DNA of 33,171 bases from Minisyncoccota bacterium (GTDB lineage: Bacteria > Patescibacteriota > Minisyncoccia > Phycocordibacterales > UBA5272): contig JAYUCW010000039.1 in NCBI GenBank assembly GCA_043740125.1, positions 1 through 33,171 on the forward strand. Direction: 5' to 3'. The position numbers and the translations under genes are program-made. Positions 23,934 through 31,285 of this stretch are shown piece by piece (position 1 is the first letter of the stretch; each line of letters begins with the position of its first letter). Under the pieces are notes generated by a model, which was given only the letters and a program-made list of their open reading frames with translations, made no database searches and had not been told where the DNA came from.

Positions 23934-25067
23934 ATGATGTTTAATGAAAACTTTGAAACAAAACCCTTTGAAAAGGCTTCCAACATCGAATCTTTAGATA
24001 GGGTAAAAAGTTCATTCCTAAATCAACTAAAATATGACGATTTTTCATTACAAGTTAACAATGGTTTAGGTGTACATGATGATGAGACATTACTATTTGC
24101 AAACTCTACAATGGCTACACATAAGAAGGAAATTATATCAGACTCATTACCTGAAAATGGTTTAGCAATTTCTCAGAAATGTTTACGTATGAGAAGTTTG
24201 GCACACTTTCTTGATAGAAGTTCTGATTTTGGTTTTAACTCATACTTTACAATGGTTGGTATGTTGTTTGGTGGAGAATCATCTAGAAATATTTTAAATC
24301 AAACTCTTACTTTTCTAACAAGTCAGGGTTTTGACATTAAAAGATTATTTATAAAAACTGGTTCAGACTGTAAGAATGTTAATAAATCAATTATTGGTTT
24401 TAGTGAGAAAAAAACTATTCAAGACTCCGAAAGCGAATCATATTATAAATGGGCTTATGGTATTGAAGGGGTTGTAGGAGAAGGTCTCACGTTTACATAC
24501 TTTTTTCCAGATGGTTCCTATAAAGACTTAGGTAACATTATTTGTGTAGTTGATGAAGCTTCAGGAAAAATTAAGGCCTGGGAATCTGGTTTTGGGGTTG
24601 AGACATTGATTGCTGTGAGAGACGGTAAGGATTTATTTGAAACTCACCCCATTTGGGATGTTCTCCAATATGAAAGAAATCCGGATTTAAAAAAAGTTGC
24701 AGATTCTGTTGTTTCTGTTATTGAAATAATAAGAGAAGGAGTGCTTATTGGTTCGAAGAAACAGGGGTATATTTTAAAAAAATTTCTTAATGTTATATAT
24801 TATATAAACAAAGACTTACATTTGGATCTAAGAAAGGTTGTAACTGAATACTGTGAGCATATGAAATATGAGAATGGAGAGACAATAGCAGAAACAATTA
24901 TTTCATACTTAGAACAAATTGATTCTTCTAAACAGAAGAACTTAGAAGCTTTTAAGAAATTCTTGAAGAGTAATGGAAACTTAACTGAGCGCCAGAAAAT
25001 AGATATAGCAAAAAGTTCCTTTTCATTGGAGCTTTCTGAAATTAAGGATTTATTACAATTAATATAA
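23934..25067 (+). CDS. alanyl-tRNA-synthetase catalytic-core-like class II paralogue (377 aa; no editing or C-Ala domains)
   Basis: DDETLLFANSTMATHKKEI versus NDPTLLFTNAGMNQFKDVF. SQKCLRMRS versus SQRCVRAGG. YFTMVGMLFGG versus FFEMLGNFSFG. ESGFGVETLIAV versus DTGMGLERIAAV. KKQGYILKKFLN versus ENRGYVLRRIIR. Confidence 0.7.
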   Translation: MMFNENFETKPFEKASNIESLDRVKSSFLNQLKYDDFSLQVNNGLGVHDDETLLFANSTMATHKKEIISDSLPENGLAISQKCLRMRSLAHFLDRSSDFGFNSYFTMVGMLFGGESSRNILNQTLTFLTSQGFDIKRLFIKTGSDCKNVNKSIIGFSEKKTIQDSESESYYKWAYGIEGVVGEGLTFTYFFPDGSYKDLGNIICVVDEASGKIKAWESGFGVETLIAVRDGKDLFETHPIWDVLQYERNPDLKKVADSVVSVIEIIREGVLIGSKKQGYILKKFLNVIYYINKDLHLDLRKVVTEYCEHMKYENGETIAETIISYLEQIDSSKQKNLEAFKKFLKSNGNLTERQKIDIAKSSFSLELSEIKDLLQLI

Positions 25068-25094
25068 CTCATAATATGGTATTATTCTAGTAAT

Positions 25095-25901
25095 ATGAAA
25101 GAAGAAATTTTAAATCTCAATTACACTGACTTTGTCGGCTTCATTAATCAATGGAATGTCCTCCCTGGTGCACATGTAACACTTTCAAAATGGGTAACTT
25201 TTAGTGGAGTTAACGCCGATTCACATATACTAGAACTTGCATGCACTTCTGGCTTTTCATCTCGAGAAATTGCAATTATGACTGGGTGTGCTGGTGTTGG
25301 TATTGATATTTCTGCACCATCAGTTGAAGCCGCTATTTTGAATAAGAAGGTATATGCACCAGGTATTAAAATTACTTATGAAGTTGCAGACGGTCATATT
25401 TATGAACCAGAAGAAAAATTTTCACACGTAGTAGTTGGCGCAGCTCTAAAATTTTTTGGTAACCAAAAAGAAGTAACTGAGAGAATAGTTTCAAAATATC
25501 TTAAAGATGGCGGTTTTTTGTTAGCTTCACCTTTTTTTGCTGTGAGGACAGTTCCTCAGGAAGTTATTGATAGGGCTCGTGAGGTTTTTGGTATTACAAT
25601 AACAACAGAATCATATAAGGAGGCAATGAAGGCATACTCAGATTTTGAAATCATATATGAAGATAAGTGTGATTTGATTGAGGAGACAGAAGAGGAGCTG
25701 AGTGTTTACTGTACAGCAACAGTAGCTAGAGCTGCAGATTTCCACGGAATAGTGGATAATGAAGTAAAGCAAGTTATGTACGCAAGACTACTAGAGATAA
25801 GAAGAATGACTAATGTTCTTAGAGGATATCAAAACTACACAGTACTGGTATTGAGGTATAGAAAAAGTGTGTACCCAAATAGGTATGTGGAATTATTTTA
25901 A
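25095..25901 (+). CDS. class I SAM-dependent methyltransferase
   Basis: Motif I ILELACTSGFSS, followed by GIDIS and a downstream acidic/aromatic pattern typical of the Rossmann methyltransferase fold. Confidence 0.7.
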   Translation: MKEEILNLNYTDFVGFINQWNVLPGAHVTLSKWVTFSGVNADSHILELACTSGFSSREIAIMTGCAGVGIDISAPSVEAAILNKKVYAPGIKITYEVADGHIYEPEEKFSHVVVGAALKFFGNQKEVTERIVSKYLKDGGFLLASPFFAVRTVPQEVIDRAREVFGITITTESYKEAMKAYSDFEIIYEDKCDLIEETEEELSVYCTATVARAADFHGIVDNEVKQVMYARLLEIRRMTNVLRGYQNYTVLVLRYRKSVYPNRYVELF

Positions 25902-25906
25902 AAGTA

Positions 25907-26407
25907 ATGATTTTAACAGGCAAAGAAATTACACGAGAAGTTTCTAGCGGGAATATTTCTATTACCCCTTTTTTTCTTGATCAGATTAATCCTAATAGTT
26001 ACAATTATAGACTTGGGGAGACACTTAAAGTTTTCTCACAATTTGATGGAGTTAAGTCACTTTTTGAAGAAGTAAGGATTCCCAAAGAAGGGTATGTTCT
26101 TGAGCCAAATAAAATGTATTTAAGTACTACCAGCGAAGAGATAGGTAGTAGCGTATATGCAATGTCTCTTATCGGTAGAAGTTCGATGGGGCGGCTTGGG
26201 CTTTTTCTCCAGGTTTCAGCGGATCTCGGACATACAACTTCATGCCATAATTGGACGCTTGAATTAGTTGCTTCACATTCTATAAGGGTTTATCCTTGGA
26301 TGGTAATCGGGCAGGTTTCTTTTTGGGAGAATAAAGGAGAGCATAATGACTACGATGGTTTTTATGGAAATAAAAATAATGTCCAAGAATCAATTATTTT
26401 TATATAG
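25907..26407 (+). CDS. dCTP deaminase (Dcd/dUTPase-fold) family protein, copy 1
   Basis: MILTGKEI...ISITPF...NPNSYNYRLG, GRSSMGRLGLFLQVSA and WTLELV (catalytic Glu kept) parallel the E. coli Dcd motifs. Confidence 0.75.
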   Translation: MILTGKEITREVSSGNISITPFFLDQINPNSYNYRLGETLKVFSQFDGVKSLFEEVRIPKEGYVLEPNKMYLSTTSEEIGSSVYAMSLIGRSSMGRLGLFLQVSADLGHTTSCHNWTLELVASHSIRVYPWMVIGQVSFWENKGEHNDYDGFYGNKNNVQESIIFI

Positions 26408-26414
26408 TAAAATT

Positions 26415-26933
26415 ATGATTTTAACAGGAAATGAAATTAAATCAGAGGTAGGTTTGGGTAAGATAAAGATTGAGCCTTTTGATATAAATCATTGTACAAC
26501 TAATTCGTACGATTTATGTCTTGGTAATGTTCTTATTCAATATATCGAGGATGTCTTAGACCCTAAAAAAGAAAATAAATATCGAGAATTGGTTATACCT
26601 AAAGAGGGTATGATTTTGCCAAAAAATTCTTTCTTTCTTGGTTCTTCTAAAGAGAAAATTGGAAGTAATTTTTATGTTCCGATGATACATGCTAAGTCAG
26701 GAGTGGCAAGACTCGGATTATTTGTGCATGTCACAGCAGACCTTGTTGACATTGGTTACTATGGAGAAATAACTTTCCAGTTGTATGCTACCTTGCCTGT
26801 AAAAATTTATCCCGGAATGAAATTAGGACAAGTTTCTTTTTGGGTGCCAAAGGGTGAGATTAATCTATATAATGGTAAATATCAGAATAGTACTGGTCCA
26901 CAAGTTTCTAAAACCTATCAAGATTTTAGTTAA
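26415..26933 (+). CDS. Dcd-fold paralogue, copy 2, with altered catalytic positions
   Basis: MILTGNEI...IKIEPF...TTNSYDLCLG, then AKSGVARLGLFVHVTA (GRSS to AKSG) and ITFQLY (Glu to Gln). Start set at ATG 26415, 8 nt after copy 1. Confidence 0.7.
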   Translation: MILTGNEIKSEVGLGKIKIEPFDINHCTTNSYDLCLGNVLIQYIEDVLDPKKENKYRELVIPKEGMILPKNSFFLGSSKEKIGSNFYVPMIHAKSGVARLGLFVHVTADLVDIGYYGEITFQLYATLPVKIYPGMKLGQVSFWVPKGEINLYNGKYQNSTGPQVSKTYQDFS

Positions 26934-26957
26934 TTTTTATTTAGTAGTATATTATAT

Positions 26958-27074
26958 AGTGTCACAGACTGTGGGGTAAATCACGCTTTTTCTACCCAAG
27001 CTCGCAGATTCGGTATGTAAGGAATCACCTCACTTTTCATCAATTCAGTTCTAACATTGTCTATTAGGGTGCAC
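26958..27074 (-). pseudogene. decayed 3' gene remnant, copy 3 of 3 (internal in-frame deletion)
   Basis: Minus strand encodes CTLIDN-VRTELMKSEVIPYIPNLRAWVEKA* in one frame. About 75 nt is missing relative to copy 2, with the breakpoint right after GTTCTAAC. Confidence 0.6.
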
Positions 27075-27079
27075 AACAT

Positions 27080-27112
27080 AAAAAATGAGATGTCGAAAGA
27101 CATCCATTTTTT
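27080..27112 (+). terminator. rho-independent terminator closing block 2
   Basis: GAGATGTC-GAAA-GACATC(C) followed by ATTTTTT. Confidence 0.55.
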
Positions 27113-27211
27113 AGTTGTGCCCGGGAAGAAAGTGACCTGTTGATTAGTAAATCACGTCGGGAGACGCTAGGAATTTCGTAGCAATATCTTTTCTTTTTTA
27201 TATAAATTATG

Positions 27212-27253
27212 AAAACAAAAAGCCCCACGGAAGCGGAGCTTTTGGGTGGGGCT
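27212..27253 (-). terminator. rho-independent terminator after the 128-aa secreted protein gene
   Basis: AGCCCCAC ... GTGGGGCT stem. The minus strand continues TTTTGTTTT. Confidence 0.5.
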
Positions 27254-27262
27254 GGGCAATGT

Positions 27263-27649
27263 TCAGCGTTTGAGCCAAAACATGTACTTGCCTATATAGA
27301 CAGAGTAACTCATTCCGACCATCTTCATGGTTGGGGCTTGAGGAAAGTAGGTTTTCCAGAATTCCTCAAGTGTTCGGGTAGGAGAGGAGTTATCGCACGT
27401 ATCGAAGAAGTTACCTTGCTTACCGTTGTGACAAACAAGCATATAGCCATCAACACGATACTTGATGTATTTATCATCGATCACAAACATCAGGTCCGCT
27501 TGAGTCGGTTGAGGCAATGCTTGCTGTCCGCCAGCGTTGTTGTTATTGCTTGCCATTATCACAACAGCAGCGCTCGTTGCTGACGCTGTCGAAGCAACGA
27601 GCAACAAGGAGATCAGGAAAAAGACACGAGTGAAGATTTTTTTGAGCAT
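27263..27649 (-). CDS. small secreted protein, unknown function
   Basis: Signal peptide MLKKIFTRVFFLISLLLVASTASATSA, an N-rich linker and two Cys residues. No family recognised. Confidence 0.5.
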   Translation of the reverse strand: MLKKIFTRVFFLISLLLVASTASATSAAVVIMASNNNNAGGQQALPQPTQADLMFVIDDKYIKYRVDGYMLVCHNGKQGNFFDTCDNSSPTRTLEEFWKTYFPQAPTMKMVGMSYSVYIGKYMFWLKR

Positions 27650-27790
27650 GTTGCCCTCCTAGGCAGTAAGTTGAAAGATCAGACTACACTCATTTAATAT
27701 ATTATACTTTATGTATTCTGTCAAGTAATTTTCACGTCTTAATTTATTCATTCTTTTAACTTCAACTGACATGATACTATAAAATTAAAT

Positions 27791-28399
27791 ATGACCCCAC
27801 AAGATATAACTATAAAAACATATCGAGATAATTTTGAGCTGTATAAAGAAAAGACACCGAATGTTGTCTCGGGTGAGTTTGTTGTATGGATGAATGTTTT
27901 TGTAAGTGCGCTCACGCCTGATGGAAAAATATTTGAGCTTGGTTCAGCAGAAGGAAGAGATGCGCGATATCTACGAGATAAGGGATTTGTTGTGACATGT
28001 ACTGATGTTATCCCGCAGGCTCTACAGTCTCTTGAGGCGGATGGATTCACTACAGACCCATATGATCTTCGTGATACACCAAAGGAAGAATGGAAAAATT
28101 CTTTTGATGGTATTCTTGCAAAAGCTGTGTACCTCCATGTGCCACAGGAAGTTTTTGAAAAGTCTCTCACTCAAATGAACACACTTTTAAAAGTTGGAGG
28201 TATTTTTTGTTTAACATTTAAGTTGGGTGTTGGTGAAGAAATAGAAACAAAAAAGCTAGATGGAGAAAGATACTTTAAATATTACACACAAGAAGAGTTA
28301 GTGGCTATTGTAAAAAAATATCAGCATTACGGGCTTGTGAGCACTGCAACAACAGAAGATAAAAAGTGGATTCAGATTCTTTTGAGAAAGAGACAATAG
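27791..28399 (+). CDS. class I SAM-dependent methyltransferase
   Basis: Motif I IFELGSAEGRDARYL, acidic loop VVTCTD and post-I region ILAKAVYLHV. Confidence 0.7.
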   Translation: MTPQDITIKTYRDNFELYKEKTPNVVSGEFVVWMNVFVSALTPDGKIFELGSAEGRDARYLRDKGFVVTCTDVIPQALQSLEADGFTTDPYDLRDTPKEEWKNSFDGILAKAVYLHVPQEVFEKSLTQMNTLLKVGGIFCLTFKLGVGEEIETKKLDGERYFKYYTQEELVAIVKKYQHYGLVSTATTEDKKWIQILLRKRQ

Positions 28400-28537
28400 T
28401 AGTAAAACTAAGTCTTAATATAATAAAAGCCCCTCCAACGAATTAACATTGTAGGTGCTTGAGACCAAATTAATGGCAAGGTCTGCAGTCAACCAGTGGA
28501 TTTTTTTTGAGAAATCCAAGGTTGCTTTTTACCTGGT

Positions 28538-29533
28538 TTACGAATTTGCAGATTCTTCGCAAACCAGTGGTTTTCCCAAATTGACACCTTCACTTTTATC
28601 GGGTTGACCATCTGGGGTCTCTATCGCATCAACTGTCTTAGGCTTTAATGCCTCGGCAATCAGTGGATGATTGCGCAGATACTCGCGAAGGAGGTAGGCT
28701 TTTTTTGCCACATTCCCATCTTCCATATCAGCATAGTGAGCAGGATCTTCATCCTTACTCTTCAGTGCTGCACGGTTGATGAAAACTCCCACCACTTCAA
28801 GCTTTGCCAATGGATGCTCCGGGTCGATGTTTTCAACATAGATCTTTTGCACGTCGGTCGAGACGTACAGCGCATTGCCACCTTCATCAAAAATTGCAAT
28901 TTTCATGCCCGGTGTGTACCGAGTAAATTTCAATGCATTTTCTGAATTCAGTGGTTGGAAGTCTATCCGCAGCTGGCGTTTGATGGCGTCAATTCGCAAG
29001 GTTTCAATCTTACTCTTTGACCTCTCTTTGCGAGCATTTTCCTCAGCTTCTGCCTGCTTCTTCCCCTGTTCGCTCCACCAAAACTTGGCGGCGTGGATGA
29101 ACTCCTTCTGTCCGTGAAAGAAATATGCAAGTGCAGCCTTCGCGTTGTAGGCGGTCTCATTCGGAGCCCACCATTCAACAACGTCGGGGTGCTTGCGTAG
29201 GTCTTCCAGACTTACGATGGCAGACTCTGACCGGTTACCCAGGAGAGCGTTCAGCTCTTCTCCGATAGCGTGGTTTCGTACAAAGTCTTGCACGAAAACC
29301 ATTAGGTAAGGTTTTTTACCTTCCTGTTTTGGGTGATACATCTGTATCTTTGCGTCGATGCCAAACATGCTGTACTGGCGGTCGACACCGTTGAAGAAGT
29401 CGGTAAGGTCCTTCTGCAGATTCTGCTCAGGTTGTTTTGGTTTAGTTGGAACGCTCATCGCGGAAGCAAGTGCTTCTGCGACTTGACTATTCTCAATAGT
29501 GTTCTTCGGTGATTTACGAATTGTCTTTCCCAT
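28538..29533 (-). CDS. hypothetical protein, 331 aa, G+C-richer than its surroundings
   Basis: Long uninterrupted ORF with a charged coiled-coil-like centre (QGKKQAEAEENARKERSKSKIETLRIDAIKRQL). No family recognised. Adjacent to the IS30-like element. Confidence 0.5.
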   Translation of the reverse strand: MGKTIRKSPKNTIENSQVAEALASAMSVPTKPKQPEQNLQKDLTDFFNGVDRQYSMFGIDAKIQMYHPKQEGKKPYLMVFVQDFVRNHAIGEELNALLGNRSESAIVSLEDLRKHPDVVEWWAPNETAYNAKAALAYFFHGQKEFIHAAKFWWSEQGKKQAEAEENARKERSKSKIETLRIDAIKRQLRIDFQPLNSENALKFTRYTPGMKIAIFDEGGNALYVSTDVQKIYVENIDPEHPLAKLEVVGVFINRAALKSKDEDPAHYADMEDGNVAKKAYLLREYLRNHPLIAEALKPKTVDAIETPDGQPDKSEGVNLGKPLVCEESANS

Positions 29534-29662
29534 TTTTAACTCTCCAGTTGGTGCCGATGAGGGCGGTTGTGATGTAGTAAGAACAGAAGTTACGCTATTT
29601 TTAAGGACCGTAAAATCTATATAATATTATACATTAAATACAGATTTTGTCAATCATTCTCG

Positions 29663-30700
29663 CCTGAATCCTCACTCTAACCGCAAAGAAGTTTGCACTC
29701 TAACTGCAAAGGTAATTTAGGGTACATTTGTTGATATGGCATACAAACAAATAGGTAATGAGGATTATGGATGTATAGCTAAGATGATTAAAGCTAACTT
29801 TTCATATTCAGAAATAGCAAGAACTATTAATAAAAATGTTGGGTCTGTGAGTAGACACGTACGGAACAATGGAGGTAGAGATGTTTACGATGTTAGAGAT
29901 GTTAAGAGAAAGAAGAGATACACCAGAATAGACGCAATGGATTGCACGAGAGTAATAAAAGGATCACTGCTAACAACTACAACCAAGTTATTGAAAGAAC
30001 ATCTATCACCCGAACAAATAGAAGGGGTTCTTAAGGGTAAAGGTAAACAATTCTCCGCTAGTAGTATATATCGATATATAGAAGCAAGAGCTCCTCACCT
30101 TAAGACATATCTGCGATCACAGAAAGGAAAGTATCGTAGAAGATATGGAACTAAGAAACGAGAGGTCGAAAGAGAGCTTAAAAAGAAACGAAGAATTGAT
30201 GAGAGGTCTGACATAGTGAACAGGAGAGGGAGACTAGGAGTCTTCGAAGGAGACACTGTTTTAGGTAAAGATAAACGAGTAAGAATAGTTACTTACGTAG
30301 ACAGAAGGTCTGGCTACTTGATTGCTTTTCTTTTACCTAAAATGAATGCAGAGCTTCTTTCCTTGTTAAGCATTAGAGCATTAAAAAAATAGACAAGAGT
30401 AAAAGAAAAACTATCACCTTTGATAACGGTACTGAGTTCTCAGATTGGGAATCACTAGAAGAGAAAACTAAGATGATAGTATATTTTGCTTATCCATATC
30501 ATTCTTGGGAACGAGGAACTAATGAAAATACCAATGGGTTGCTACGACAATATTTCCCAAAGAAATATGATTTTAATCTCATCACAGAAGAAGAACTGAA
30601 ACACGTAGTTAAGAAAATAAATAATAGACCGAGAAAAAGATTGGGTTTTAAAACTCCTAAAAAGATATTTCAGGGTTTGCAGTTAGAGTGACGATTCAGG
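29663..30700 (+). mobile_element. IS30-family insertion sequence (1038 bp) with 3-bp target duplication
   Basis: Terminal inverted repeats CCTGAATCCTCACTCTAACCGCAAA (left) and the reverse complement of the right end, CCTGAATCGTCACTCTAACTGCAAA: 23 of 25 match. TCG directly flanks both ends. An extra internal copy, CACTCTAACTGCAAA, is at 29696-29710. Confidence 0.8.
29736..30691 (+). pseudogene. IS30-family DDE transposase split into two frames at an A7 run
   Basis: ORF1 (29736-30392) carries the HTH and first Asp region (GDTVLGKD...VTYVDRRSGY). The frame after the A7 run (30383-30389) reads IDKSKRKTITFDNGTEF...HSWERGTNENTNGLLRQYFPKK. A -1 slip or one extra A fuses them. Confidence 0.75.
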
Positions 30701-30743
30701 TCGTAGAATAGCATATTTATATAGGTTTTTGGTGAATTTAAAG

Positions 30744-30774
30744 AAGAAAGGCCGCGTAACGCGCGGCCTTTCTT
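30744..30774. terminator. bidirectional terminator between the IS element and rbfA
   Basis: AAGAAAGGCCGCG - TAACG - CGCGGCCTTTCTT with T/A-rich flanks. Confidence 0.6.
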
Positions 30775-31191
30775 TTAATTATCACTTACTTCACTTTCTA
30801 CTTGCTCGGTAGGTCGTGTGATTTTAGCTTGGTAGTCTTCGTTAGCTTTCTTTTCTTTGCGAAGAAGGTCTTCAACATGGAGGCGGTTTTTTTCTCCGAA
30901 GTCGATTTCAACTTCAAAAAATGGGATCACTTTTACCGGAAGTCTTTTCATGACGAAGTGACGAAGTTCACTTCGCATACGCTTCGCGAAGTTGATCGCC
31001 GCATCTTCTTTATTTTCTGGGAGGACGGTAATAAAAATAGTTCCATGCTTCATGTCACGAGATACTTCGGTGCGAGTAACTGTGATCATAGAAGCACCTG
31101 AACTTTCGCGCTGAAAGAAGTCCTGGGTGATACCAAGAACTTGTTGCTCGACTTGGAGCTGACGTTGTGATTTTGGGATGTTGGCGTCCAT
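30775..31191 (-). CDS. rbfA: ribosome-binding factor A with charged C-terminal tail
   Basis: ITVTRTEVSRDMKHGTIFITVL...RMRSELRHFVMKRLPVKVIPFFEVEID fits the RbfA KH-like core. Lies immediately downstream of infB, as is usual. Confidence 0.8.
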   Translation of the reverse strand: MDANIPKSQRQLQVEQQVLGITQDFFQRESSGASMITVTRTEVSRDMKHGTIFITVLPENKEDAAINFAKRMRSELRHFVMKRLPVKVIPFFEVEIDFGEKNRLHVEDLLRKEKKANEDYQAKITRPTEQVESEVSDN

Positions 31192-31285
31192 GTGGGCAGT
31201 GGTTAGTTATTAGTGACTAGTGGTTAGTGGGCTCTGAAGTTGGTCTGTATTTTGCTACAGTCTACTGGCTAAAGTCTACAGTCTA

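Noticed and set aside
18334-27074. Integron gene-cassette array with attC sites
   Set aside because: The palindromic part has only loose CTAAC/GTTAG resemblance to R boxes. The units between sites are multi-gene operons. Core genes (yjdF-like, rluA-family, a tRNA) lie between sites. No intI-type integrase or attI is visible in the window. It is kept only as a remote alternative inside a finding.
27113-27190. Possible minus-strand pseudo-tRNA: TGTGCCCGGGAAGAAAG resembles the reverse complement of a tRNA-Leu 3' end
   Set aside because: Only about 12 of 16 positions match, there is no GGTTCGA-type T-loop, and no cloverleaf can be drawn. The evidence is too weak to call.
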